Assembly (NCBI GenBank): GCA_002189035.1
Contig: CM007989.1
Coordinates: forward strand, 3,906,001 to 3,970,000
Origin: Utricularia gibba
Lineage: Eukaryota > Plantae > Magnoliophyta
Direction of reading: 5' to 3'
DNA: 64,000 nt
Part shown: piece after piece, positions 39,204-51,606 of the stretch
Layout of the letters: every line of letters starts with the position of its first letter
Position numbering within the stretch: the stretch's first letter is position 1
Notes under the pieces: model-generated
What the model saw: only the letters and a program-made list of their open reading frames with translations
Told to the model about the DNA's origin: nothing
The model's database searches: none
Translations under genes and position numbers: made by a program

Positions 39204-40450
39204 GACTCATCCACGTGGAGTGTGGAACCCATAACGAGGTTGTGATCAGGTGCGGTCCACGGTCCTCGGTGTTCGATGGTCCGTCGTTTTTCTCGCACAC
39301 AGGTGCTCTGGATGTGGACGGTGGGATTCGAGGGATGCGAATCGGACGGTGAAGGATGCTGGAATTATTTGAGGCACCATTTTACAAAGATACAGCGGGA
39401 AACAGGCTGGAAAGGGGCCGCGGCCGGAGGTGTCAGTGATTACATCCGCGTGGTCGCCGTCAGGTCACGTGACATTGTTTAATCGGGTCGGGCCATTATA
39501 TATATTACCACCCACCCCCTGACGGCATTCTTAAGTAACGACCAATTCTAAATGATAGTATTTTTGTATTCTTTTTATCATTAAATATATTTTTTATTTT
39601 TTGACCGAGACAACATTTATAAATATTTCATTGTAATTATTAATGTTATGTTTAATTGATGAGATTATATGCAATTTAAATTATTATTTGTTTAGTTGAT
39701 ATATTCAAATGAGTGTGTTAAATACACAAGTTATTTTAATCTCAGTATATAATTTTATTTAAATTCATATACATTCCTTACTTTAAATGAAATTTATTAA
39801 TGAGTGTTTCGTTGATTTAAATTTGAAAAAATAAGATAAATTTAATGCAGAGGGATTAATTTTTTAGATAATATTTAGTTATTGGTATTAAAAAGAAGAT
39901 TAATTGGATTTAAGTAAAGTAAGGGAATGTAGTTTTAAATAAATCTATTTACAAGAGATTAAAAAAACTCATGTGATCTCATGTCTATTTAAATATATCA
40001 ATTAAACATATTATAATTTATAAATCTATTATAATTTTATCAACCAAACATTATCTTAATCTCTTTTGTATTATCAATAATTAAATAATACATAAAAAAA
40101 TTAATCTCAATACATCAACTTTATTTAAATCCTAATAAATTAAATCTTATTCTTATTAATCAAACACTAATCAAAATGACATTTGATTTACATGTTTATT
40201 TTGAATATTAAATAAATAAGATTTTCAATCATATTAATTTAAATTATTAAATATATTAGTATTTTTCATTAAAACATCTATTTTTTTAATTGATTGTCAT
40301 TTCTTCATGCAAATAGCACATCAACATATAAAATGATATTTACTCATTTTGACTTTTGGTTATAAATATGTTTTTATGTAATAAACTATTCTAAAATGAG
40401 GTATTAATTCAAGGTTACATTTGACTAAATATAATTTTATTATTGGAGAA

Positions 40451-43400
40451 TGATGAGATCATAGATGATATAAATGATCACAATGAATACAAAATACATA
40501 AGATCAATAATCTTCTATTGATTTCACTTGAGTCAATTACTAGATTAAGAGTAAGAATGAATCAAGATGTACGTAAGGGGTTATGGGCCAATCAACAAAG
40601 ACATGAGATGTTTGGTATAAAATTCAATTTTTTCAAAATGAATCATATTGAGTAGAGTAATTTCATCACTTCTAAGTACATTATTACTACTTTTCTTTTG
40701 AGTAGAGTTAATACTTCATCTATATAAGATATGTCTCACTTTTGTTTAGTACAACTTTAATTGTAATGAATTTTGAGAGCAAACTTTTTTTTTGATTTCT
40801 TGTAGAACTTTAAACTTATCAAGTCTTAATTGTGGTGTTTAGCTTGTGGTTTATCACTCCTAATTCTTTCCTAGATTTTGTGAGTATGAAAGCATTTCAT
40901 AGTTTGACTTGCAATGATCTATCATTCTTTGAAGAACTTATATTTTCTTGAATGATTGTTTCTTTTGAATCCAGATCTAATTTGTCAATCAATTGTTAAT
41001 TGGAGGATCGTATCAGGTGGTATCAGAGTCAATCTTTCTCTTCTTTTTATTCTATTTATATGTCTTATCTTTTGGTTCAAAAAAAAATCAAGATCCATCT
41101 TGATTTACTTATCTCACTTTTTGTTATTCTTCTAAAAAGAAAAACCGAGGGGGGGGGGTTCCTTATCATTGTTTGTTCCATCTTATTCTTCTAAATTGCT
41201 ACAACAAGAAAAAAAACATGTTCAAGGGAGAAAGAAGGTTAGCAACTTGAATCCATTGAATTTTTTATTTTCACAAACAAAAAGAAAAGTCAAGCAACTT
41301 CAATCCATTGAATCTTCCACTTTACAAACAAAAGAATAGTCAATATCATACATTTTTGTCTATTGTCACACTTATATTCCATTTTAAATCTTTTTAATCG
41401 TGTACCTACATGTTTTGTGCTAATCATAACAATTTTCATTTATATCCTTCTATTAATGTTTTTAGTTAGTCTTAATTACTTTTCTCATCATCAAGTCCAA
41501 CATTGCTCATTTGCTTTATCTGACTCATTACCCTAGCCACTCTTATCTCTCTAAACCATATTTAGATTGATCAATTAAAGTTTATTGAGTCTTAAAGTTC
41601 AAGATGACTTGAGATTTGAAAATTATCTTTTTCTCTTTCTTCTATCTTTTCTTTCCCCGTTCTCTTTCCTCTTTTTTGTTTACACTTTTCTCTTATAATA
41701 AGATGTCGGGTTCTAACAACCCTGTAGAAGAATCAGGTGCTATGGATGTTCGTTTTTTACTTAATGCAATGTAAAGTGAGTTTAAAAGATTGTAGATATG
41801 TATGGAGCAAATTCATATCAACAAGAGGAACATAATGAATCTCTAAAGAACATCAAAAAGCAACGAGAGGACAATGTCTGCCATGATAGAATCAGAGTTC
41901 CAACACATCGTGGCAGAAGGAATTCTCAACTAGATAAAGATGTTATGCGCAGTCGATACCAGACAATAAAATTGATCACAAAAATCAAGAAAATAGACAT
42001 CGAGATTTAACGTGGTTCACCCCAAAATAAGGGCTACGTCCACACCCAACTCTGAGAAAAATTCACTATTTATCACAGTGAATACAAAGAGATTTACCCT
42101 AGTAAACTACCGGGTTTTACCCTCTTTTTCTACCCTTTCCTCGAAAACTCTACCGGACGAGAAACACGAATAGGAAAGAATACTATTTTTTTTCTTTCCC
42201 TATTCTATCCTCAGAAACCGAAAACTCACTCAAAACACCTTAATAGACTTGAGAGATTTTCATCTTGTGTGTATGTTGTAGGGAGAAGAGCTCCCCTCTA
42301 TTTATAGAGAGGAGCGCATGCCTCCGTTGTAGGGGTTGACACACTAACCCCTGCACACCAACTCCCGCACACCTTCTCTCATTTTTTTTTCTTTTTTTGT
42401 GTGTGTGCCCCATGTGGAGGGACCCATCAGAAGATTCAGAATGTGGGGCTAAAGAGGCTAGGCATGGTGAACGAAGGAGAAATGACAAAAACAAGCATTA
42501 TGAGTATGATTCATTTGGTGATAATAAGAGATGAATATATCAAAGAAATTGGATGCCAAATCGTTATGCAAGATATGATGAAAGACAAGGGGTGGACATA
42601 CACGTGAACACAAGGAATTTGATAACATCAACATGAAAAACCCTACTTTTCAAGGGAAATATGATCCAAATGCCTACTTGGAGTGGGAGACTCGTGTGGA
42701 GCACGTGTTTGATTGCCACAAATATTTTGAAACCAAGAAGATCAAGTTTGTTGTTGTTGAGTGTACAGATTATTCGAACTAATATAATAGAGAATAGGGA
42801 AGCTACAATGTCAAGATTTCCCTATGGTTTAAATAAGGAAATCTCTCAAGTGATCGAGCTACAATACTATGTGGAGATTGAAGACATGTATATTGCAATT
42901 AAGATTGAAAAGCAACTAAAGTCTAAGGGACAACATAAGAAACATCTAAAAGCTTCTACTTCGTGGAATGTTATTGAAAGTAAAGAGATGAAACTAGATT
43001 ATCCTTCATTTGGGAAATCAGCCAAGTTGGGATCAGTGAAAGAGAGTACTTTAGATGCTCAAAACCAGGAAAAAAGATTTAAATCCTTATGTTTTGGTAG
43101 CAATAAGACTGGAATTGAGCATTGACTCACACTTTTCCTCACCAATCCCTTAGCCATGAGTTCTTCTACTTAGTATTGGATCTCTTTGGTTTTTTCTGTG
43201 TTGGTACTATAAGTAGCTCGGTTTGAGATTTGAGCATCTGGAACAAAGTCAATTTAATGTTCTATTCCTCGGTATGGTGGTAATCCTGACAATTCTTCAA
43301 AAGAAACATCATTGAACTTTTACAAAACAAGTTTAATACAAGTAGGTAGATACTTTTGTAGGTTAGAATTATATGATAAAGTCTTTTTAAACAAAAACAA

Positions 43401-44262
43401 AAGAAATATATTTCTTAAATAGAACACTCTTTTTACATAACTTATCCTAGCAAAAATGTACTTTATTTCTCTTTTTATCAACACTTCGTCATTCAACTCT
43501 TTCTTTTCACCCTCTCTTTTTTGATGTTCTTTTACTCTCTAGATATATCTCTTTTTTTCTTTTCAAGCTCTTATGCCTCAATTCACCAAAAGATTTGATA
43601 GCAATAGCAATCTTAACTTGATCTTCAAGTGCCTCTTTCGGAGACAAAGTCACCAACGTGATTGGTTTTTTGAATTTGCTAAAACAATGAGAGAGTGATG
43701 AGATCTGGATCCTATAGATGATCACAATGAAGACAAAGGATAGAAGATCAATAATCCTTCATTGATTTCACTTGGATCAATCACTAAATCAAGAGAAATA
43801 ATGAATCAATAGGTGTGTAAGGGTTATGAGCCAATCAACAAAACTATGAGATGTTTGATATAGAATTCAACCTTCTCAAAATGAACTATATTGAGTAGAG
43901 TAGTTTCATCATTCCCAAGTATTTTATTACTATTTTTCTTTTATGTAGACTCAATCCTTCATTTATATAAGAAGTGAGTCACTTTTGTTTAGTACAACTT
44001 TGATTATAATGATTTTTTAGAGCAATACTTCTTTTTTAAGTTCATGTATAACTTTAGATTTATCAAATCTTGATTGTGGTATCTAATGTGTGGTTTTTCA
44101 CTTCCAATTCTTTCATTGGTTCTTTGAATATGATATCATTTCATAGTTTGGATTGCAAGAATTTATCATTATTTGAAGTCTAACGTATATTTTATTGAAG
44201 AATTGTTTCTTTTGAACCTAGATCTAATTTGACAATCAATTGTTGATTGGAAATTCGTATAA
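40451..44262 (+). mobile_element. Degenerate, internally deleted Ty3/gypsy LTR retrotransposon (CRM-like gag)
   Basis: Direct repeats 40451-41015 and 43696-44262, both starting TGATGAGATC, about 565 bp, strongly diverged. PBS TGGTATCAGAG at 41018. Gag remnants FQGKYDPNAYLEWETRVEHVFDCH and LNKEISQVIELQYYVEIED. Purine tract before the 3' LTR. No pol and no TSD detected. Confidence 0.85.
41941..42429 (-). mobile_element. Copia-like solo LTR nested in the CRM-like gag
   Basis: TG...CA ends and near-TSD AAAGA/GAAGA. Contains TTAACGTGGTTCACCCC...GCTACGTCCAC and a reverse TATA (CTATTTATAG). The gag frame rejoins across it (SQLDK|DSECG). Confidence 0.75.
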
Positions 44263-44737
44263 AATAATATGTTCAATTTTTTTAAATAATATTTTTTTAT
44301 TTTTTAAAATATTTCAAAACATTATTAAAAACTTTTGAAACTATTCAATTAATCCAAAAAATTCAAAAAAACATTTTTAGGAAAAAAATAAATTATTTTT
44401 TGTTCTTAAAAATAAAATCAGTTCTACATATCCATTCTGTTTTAAAATATAAATAGATGCTATTTGATGATAAAAAAAATGAATTTTTAAAAATATAAAT
44501 TATTCTAAAGAACCTAAAAAATAGATATGGTATTACATATCAGAAATCCAAGAATCACTCCCCTCCGCACGGTAAACAGAAACACAAGTCAACGTGTGTA
44601 CCACGTATGATGCTGATGAAGCTGTAAGATTCGTTGAAGGTCGGCCGATCTCTAACACCCATCACCCTCGTTGGATCGCCTTATCAAACGACCACGAGGT
44701 TGAATACGCTTCATGCTTTACCAAACTGTGTCGAAGA

Positions 44738-46597
44738 TCAGATGGGGTTTCTCTTCTCGGCAGTCTCGTGAAGAGTGATTGAGCTGGAGCTGCTGTTGGA
44801 GGCCCATCCATGACGGAAATCGGAAAAGGAATCCATGTACAAACCGATGTAAGAGATGAGCGGGATGGATCTGGATTTATCCACGACAAGCCGCACCCGA
44901 GTAGCCTTGACCGTCTGAAAGAGCAAGAGTCTTTTGTAACCAACGGTGGTGCCATTAGTGACCAGTTGCCAGTCTTTGTCGATGTCGTTGAAGATATCGA
45001 GATGAAACTCGATGATCCTCTGCCCCATTTGGATGGGCTCCTGCACTAGCAGCACATTGAAGGTGATCTCCTTTTCAAAATCCAAGCAGAGTGACCAGTT
45101 CTTGGATGAGGCGTCATCTGGTTCTGGTGCCCAGTACAAGTAGATACCTTTTAAGAGTACATTGTTTGGGCTATACAGGGTTTCCACTGGATCTCCTCTT
45201 GTGCTGCTAGCAGATACTGTTGCATTCTCTGCAAGATTGACACCGAATATCGTGTTACGGAGTTGGGAGAACTCTTGAAGAACCAGAATGTCCTCGTCCG
45301 ATATGAGGCCGGATGAATTGGGTGGTACATTCAGTAGCAGCAAGCAGTTCCTTCCCACAGACTTGTAGTATATATCAAGAAGGGTGATTGCAGACTTGGG
45401 TGCTTCTGAAGGATGCCAGAACCATCCTGGTCTGATCGAAACGTCGCAAGTTGCCGGTATCCAGTCTTGGCCGAAGGGATCTCCCTCGTTTGAGTTCCTG
45501 TGAGTATTGAACCATTAGTGCAAAATAGCTAGAGGAAACAAAAAGCTCAGACAGAGTTAACTACTTACTGAAAATCAAACTCGGAAGTGCTTGCATTGAA
45601 AAGAGACCAGCATGTAGTACCAGCAGCCCCAGTTTCATCTCCGACCCACCGGGTGTCGGGGCCGGAATCAGAAAATATGATAGCCTGGGGTTGCAGTTGA
45701 TGAATGAGACGAAACCAGAGAGGGAAGAGGTATTCCATATCCTTTTCTCCCTCTCCCTTTGCTTCATCGAGAAACACCTCTGAGATTTCACCATATCTGA
45801 GCAGTGTAAGCATCATATGAATAGGGAAACTGCTTTCTCATCCCCACAAACAAAAGGCATGAACGGAAACGCATACTTTTCAACTGAATCAAATTCGTCA
45901 TCACAAATCCCAGATCAATCAATGAATCAAAGTACCTCATGAGTAGCTCAGTCATCTGACCCAAGTAAAATTCGTTGTACTCCAGCGTCTTCCCATAGCA
46001 AGACTCGTGTCTATCCCAAGGAGAAAGGTAAATCCCCAATTCTACACCGAAAAGTGCAGCAGCAGTAGCCAATTCCTTGACCACATCGCCATACCCGTTT
46101 TTCCAGGGACTTGATTTAACGGAGTAGTCAGTGTACTCAGAAGGCCAAAGGCAGAACCCATCATGGTGTTTAGCTGTGAGAATAAGACGTGAAAATCCAA
46201 ATTCCTTAGCGACAGAAACCCACTGGGAAGCGTTCAAAGAAATGGGGTTGAAAACTGAAGGGTCAGCTTCCCCAGTTCCCCATTCCCTGTCTGTGAAAGT
46301 ATTCGTTCCGAAATGCAAGAAAATCGCCATTTCCGCAAGCTGCCATTCGATCTGCCGCGAAGTTGGGATCGGAAGAATGGGCAGAGGAGGAGGAGCAGGA
46401 TAAGGTGAGCATTCTGATTCCAGAGAATTACACAAGACTGCGAGAAGAATGATGATGGGATCCAACGAGATGGCCAAAGGGGCTCTGTGAAATCTCAAGA
46501 TTCTTGGAATTCGATGACGAACAGAGGAACCAGTTCCCGCTGCAGCATCGTCTTCAGTCAACTGAGTCGGGGTAGACAAGGAGCTCGTGGATGCCAT
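44738..46597 (-). CDS. FUC1: Alpha-L-fucosidase 1-like (GH29)
   Basis: 3 exons: 46597-45936, 45796-45569, 45497-44738. Motifs FLHFGTNTF, TAKHHDGFCLWPS, YLSPWDRH, RWVGDE, DVSIRPGWFWH, SVGRNCLLLLNVPPN, and a C-terminal F5/8-like domain. Confidence 0.95.
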
Positions 46598-47065
46598 TGA
46601 AGGTACGGCAGCTGTTTGTCCATCATTAGTAAGTTAAGGCCTGTTATGGATCATCTTATTGGGCTGGACTCCAATGTTTTTGGGCCATTAAGTGAATTAA
46701 TATGGGCCACCGACGTACTGGGGCTTCCAACAATAGTTATAAGCCCAGCCCATTATTGATTGAATCTCTTAAATGAGGGAGCACCGTCAGATTTCATCGT
46801 ACGGCTCATATTTGATCTTGCCTGTCTTGCAAGTTGAGGACTATAAAACAGGCATTGAACACGGATTCGAAACCCTTATTTTCGGAGTTGTCGCAGATCA
46901 TTCTCTCTGCCGCAGTGAATCTGGATCTCCGTTGTCCCAGGAACAGTGTTTAATCGTAAGGATGAGGAATCCGTTGTTTTTATCCTTTGAATTCTATATG
47001 TTGTTGATTGGGATGCAGATTATTTGTTTTCTGAGTTGATTGATTGTGATTTTCTTTTTATTCAG
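46598..47065. promoter_or_regulatory. Bidirectional promoter between FUC1 and ABCF1, including the ABCF1 5' UTR intron
   Basis: 468 bp between divergent ATGs. TGGGCC at 46681 and 46703, AGCCCA twice at 46742-46752. GTAAG donor near 46957 and a TTCAG acceptor immediately before the ATG at 47066. Confidence 0.7.
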
Positions 47066-49608
47066 ATGGTTTCCGACGCGAGTAAGAAGAAGGCTGCACA
47101 GAAGAAGGCCGCAGCTGCCGCGAAGAGAGGAGGCAAGGCTTCGTCTTCAGCCTCAGCAGCTTCGTCTAAAGCTGCCGCGGCTGAGAACGGAAGCAAAGTT
47201 GATAGCTTGGCCACTACTGTTGGGGATCTTCAGTTATCTGATCGGACGTGTACTGGTGTCCTCTGTTCTCACCAGTTGTCCAGAGATATTCGAGTGAGCG
47301 CCTAGGTTTTTTTGCCCTTCAATTAGAGCATGCCAGGTTTCTTCAAGTCGTTTCTTGTGAATGAACGAAATATCCATATGAAAAGTCTTCTTTTTAATTC
47401 ATTTGATCTCCTGTACCGTGTTTTCTTTGTTGCATGCAAGGCAGTTAGAGGTGATTATGAAACTTCTGTATGTTATATTGTATTGAGATTCATGAAGAAT
47501 AACATTTTGTTTTTCGTTTTTGTAGATAGAGTCCCTTTCCCTCACTTTCCACGGGCATGAACTTATTGTTGACTCCGAGCTAGAACTCAATTACGGGAGG
47601 TACGCAGTGGTTGTTACTGTGACTATTTTTTAAGTTAAGTTTGATTTATAAATATATATTTTTTGTAGGCGTTATGGTCTTCTTGGGTTGAATGGCTGTG
47701 GGAAATCTACTCTTCTTGCGGCAATAGGTTGCAGAGAGCTCCCAATTCCAGAACATATGGACATCTATCACCTTAGCAGAGAGATTGAAGCCTCTGACAT
47801 GTCATCTCTCCAAGCTGTTATTAGTTGCGATGAGGAGAGACTGAAATTGGAAAAAGAAGCTGAAGCCTTGGCTGCACAGGTATCATTATGCGTGCTCCTT
47901 TAAGGCCTGAGGATAGTGTTTTATCATGATGCTCTACTTTTAGGACGATGGTGGAGGAGAGCAACTTGAGCGAATTTATGAGCGCTTGGAAGCAATGGAT
48001 GCGTCAACAGCTGAGAAGCGAGCTGCTGAAATACTGTTTGGACTTGGATTTACCAAGAAGATGCAAGAAAAGAAAACAAAGGATTTCTCTGGTGGTTGGA
48101 GGATGAGGATAGCTTTAGCAAGAGCTCTTTTCATGAATCCAACCATATTGTTACTCGATGAACCCACGAATCATCTTGGTAAAGATATTAGCTTTCGGCA
48201 CAAAGTTTTGCAGCATTGTTTTGATCTTCTATTAGTTACATGAGTAATTTGTTCCTCCCTCATTTATCATGCTCTTTTCGTTTCATTTTATCTAGCCAAG
48301 ACGCCTGCTTTTTTGTATGCGAATATGGATGCTTTATTTGCTGGGTTTAGAGAGCCATGTCCAGAACTCCTTTAATTATCATTTTTGCATGAAAGTTCCT
48401 ATCTCAGTTTGAGACTGTCGGCTGGATGCGTATGTGTTGCATTTGGAAATTAAAATTTGTTATAGTGATTCGAAATTCCATAAATTAATCTGTGGCAGCC
48501 CTTTGCTTTCTTAGTTATTTACGCTGCATATTTCATTTTATTCGATGCAGATCTGGAGGCTTGTGTCTGGTTGGAGGAAACACTAAAGAAGTTCGACAGA
48601 ATTTTAGTTGTCGTTTCTCATTCCCAGGACTTCTTGAATGGAGTCTGCACAAACATCATCCATATGCAAAACAAGAAACTAAAGCTCTATACTGGTAACT
48701 TTGACCAGTATGTCCAAACCCGGTCTGAGCTCGAGGAGAACCAGATGAAACAGTACAAGTGGGAACAAGACCAAATAGCTTCTATGAAGGAATACATTGC
48801 ACGCTTTGGTCATGGTTCTGCAAAGCTTGCCCGTCAGGCGCAAAGCAAAGAAAAAACTTTGGCAAAGATGGAAAGGGGTGGCCTCACAGAGAAGGTAGTC
48901 AGAGACAAGGTTCTGGTCTTCCGATTTCAAGACGTGGGGAAACTCCCACCTCCTGTTCTTCAGTTCGTCGAAGTCTCATTCGGATACACTCCAGAGAACC
49001 TGATCTACAAGAATCTTGATTTTGGGGTGGACCTCGACTCAAGGGTTGCCCTCGTTGGACCTAACGGTGCCGGGAAGAGCACTCTGCTGAAGCTGATGTC
49101 AGGGGAACTAGTCCCCATCGACGGCATGGTTCGCCGTCACAACCACCTGAGGATCGCCCAGTTCCATCAGCATCTAGCCGAGAAACTGGACATGGAAGTC
49201 TCAGCTCTACAGTACATGCTGAATGAGTACCCCGGAACCGAAGAGGAGCGCATGAGAGCTGCCGTGGGAAGGTTCGGGCTCAGTGGGAAAGCTCAAGTGA
49301 TGCCGATGAAGAACTTGTCCGACGGCCAGAGAAGCCGCGTCATTTTTGCGTGGCTGGCCTACCGGCAGCCCCACATGCTCCTGCTGGACGAGCCGACGAA
49401 CCACTTGGACATCGAGACGATCGACTCCCTCGCGGAGGCCCTGAACGAGTGGGACGGCGGCATGGTCCTCGTCAGCCACGACTTCAGGCTGATCAACCAG
49501 GTCGCCCACGAGATCTACGTCTGCGAAAACCAGACCGTGACCCGGTGGGAAGGCGGCATCATGGACTTCAAGGAGCACCTCAAGGGCAAAGCCGGGCTGT
49601 CCAATTGA
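47066..49608 (+). CDS. ABCF1: ABC transporter F family member 1 (soluble, ribosome-associated ABCF/GCN20-like)
   Basis: 5 exons: 47066-47293, 47526-47599, 47669-47879, 47944-48178, 48551-49608. N-terminus [24 protein letters not shown], two Walker A motifs ([16 protein letters not shown]), FSGGWRMR and LSDGQRSR signatures, [10 protein letters not shown] twice. Confidence 0.97.
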
Positions 49609-50231
49609 CCCACGCCCTTTATTCATTCATCACCTCTACACAGCCTGTTATAACGATGAAAACTGAACACTCTATTGGTACCTCTTGTCCGTGTCCGTGC
49701 CCGTGTCCCTTTTTTGTTGAAATGTTGCCCCGATTTCAAGCGGTGTCCATCCGCGTCGCAACAATGATGGTTGGTGGAAGGTGGGGGACACCCAAGGGAA
49801 GGGCTTTGCTTGCTGTGCTTCTTGACTCTTGAGTCCCCTGAAAGCTACGTATCGCATCAAAGCGGGACACTACCTAACGATGAAAATGATGAGGATGTAG
49901 TCGTAAAATGCTTGTATGATAATTTAATTTAATTTTTATTATAATAATCGTATTTTTTAAATAATGTGATGATTATTGTTGTATTATTTATACATACAAT
50001 AATATGAGGAAAATTGTAAATTATTATTTTTGTGCATTTTCCGATGGCTTAAATTTGTTACAAATAATGCATTAATTATTTTCTGCAATACGAAGTAAAG
50101 AAGCGACGAGCTCCGGCGCTGTCAAGTGTCCTCGCGGCGGCCATGCCCGCCGTCAGGCCCTGAAAAGATAATACATACATCACAGAAGCGTTGGGGGGGT
50201 TCCAAAATTGCCTCAAACCAGCTCCATTCTT

Positions 50232-50507
50232 CTACGGCGCCGGGGGCGGATGGACGCGGACCTCCGAGCACCTCAACGGCTCGTAGTTCACGAAGCGGCT
50301 GGGGGCGGAGGACCGGCGCAGCCCCTTCGGCAAGCAGTTGTTCACCTCCTTCCCCTGGAAAACCCGACCGAAGAAGGGCTTAAAAATAGCGTAGACGCCG
50401 TGCTGCACCGTTGTGGACGGCGCGCTCACCGGAACCGGGTAGTGCCGGGCCATTCCCGGCGACAGGATGAGAAGAAGCGCGATCGGAAGAAGAGAAAAAG
50501 GAGGCAT
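50232..50507 (-). CDS. Small secreted peptide precursor (about 91 aa) with a Cys-flanked IDA/IDL-like motif
   Basis: Hydrophobic signal peptide MPPFSLLPIALLLILSPGMA and C-terminal CLPKGLRRSSAPSRFVNYEPLRC. A TATA (TATATAAAG on the minus strand near 50555-50563) makes ATG 50507 or 50525 more likely than 50540. TGACGTG at about 50583. Confidence 0.78.
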   Translation of the reverse strand: MPPFSLLPIALLLILSPGMARHYPVPVSAPSTTVQHGVYAIFKPFFGRVFQGKEVNNCLPKGLRRSSAPSRFVNYEPLRCSEVRVHPPPAP

Positions 50508-51606
50508 CTCCAATACACAAAACATGCATAGGGAAAGCATGATGAACTTACTACGCCTTTATATAGAGATATAGAGACAGTGATGACGTGTCACAATCGC
50601 CACCGTACATCATAAATCTTCCAAATTTCGATCGGCGATGAAGTCCGTGATTGAATAATTATTTAAAATAAAGGCATTTATTTAAAATCAGGCGAGCGGG
50701 GGGCCGCCCGTGAGCCGCGCACCCTTCTCCTTTCAAAAGCAATATCACAAGTTCGAATCACCCAAAATCAATTACTTCTCTTTTGAATTATTTATATGGA
50801 AAAATAATATTTTTACTCCTCGTGAAATAAATATTTCATCCATTTTCTTAAGCAATCCAAATTCCAAAATTCATTTTATACCTAAAATTCAAAGTAAAAC
50901 TGTGTAATTTGATTTACGATATTTCAATTTCCAGTTGATTTAGAAATCCAATCATAATATGATAATTAATATTAATTTTTTATTTTAATATATGTGAGAA
51001 AATGAAGATGGTTGAATTTATATTTGATACCTCTCAAAAATTTCCAAAAGTAGTATGTAGTGTCATAATTCATATTTATTGAAAAAATGATAATTTTTTC
51101 CCAAATTTATTTATTTATACTTAATGCATGTTAATTATAATATTTGTTTATAAATTATTATTATTTATTAAAGAAGAGTAAATGCATTTGGATGGTTGAA
51201 TGTCTCCCTGCCATGAGACGGGCGAAAGTAGCCCCCAATAGTAGCCCATCTTGTTGTTTATTTTCATTTAATATATTTACTGCTAATTATTGTAGGTGCA
51301 ATTTTTGATTTTTTTTATAATTAAACAATTTAAGTTTAAAATCTACAGTTTTGGGCCCAAAAGGAAAACCTTGTTGGACTTGGGCACCCATCCTCAATTC
51401 TATTATAACCTATGGTCTTTTATATGATAATATACGTTTCAAATATATAATTTTAAATACTTTTATGTTAATCCCTGGTAGAAAATTTTTTTCATACAAA
51501 ATTAAAATTTTCTATATTTAAACACATCCCTACTCTTATTAATAACTAATGTGAAATATTGTATAAGTTCCTAACTACATATTCTTCCTCAATCATACAT
51601 TTAATA

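Noticed and set aside
39640-40060. Possible old Tourist-like MITE
   Set aside because: The terminal repeats are too degenerate to fix boundaries or a TSD.
49207-49832. ORFs of 139 and 160 aa overlapping the ABCF1 3' end
   Set aside because: Artefacts of high GC3 in the real frame.
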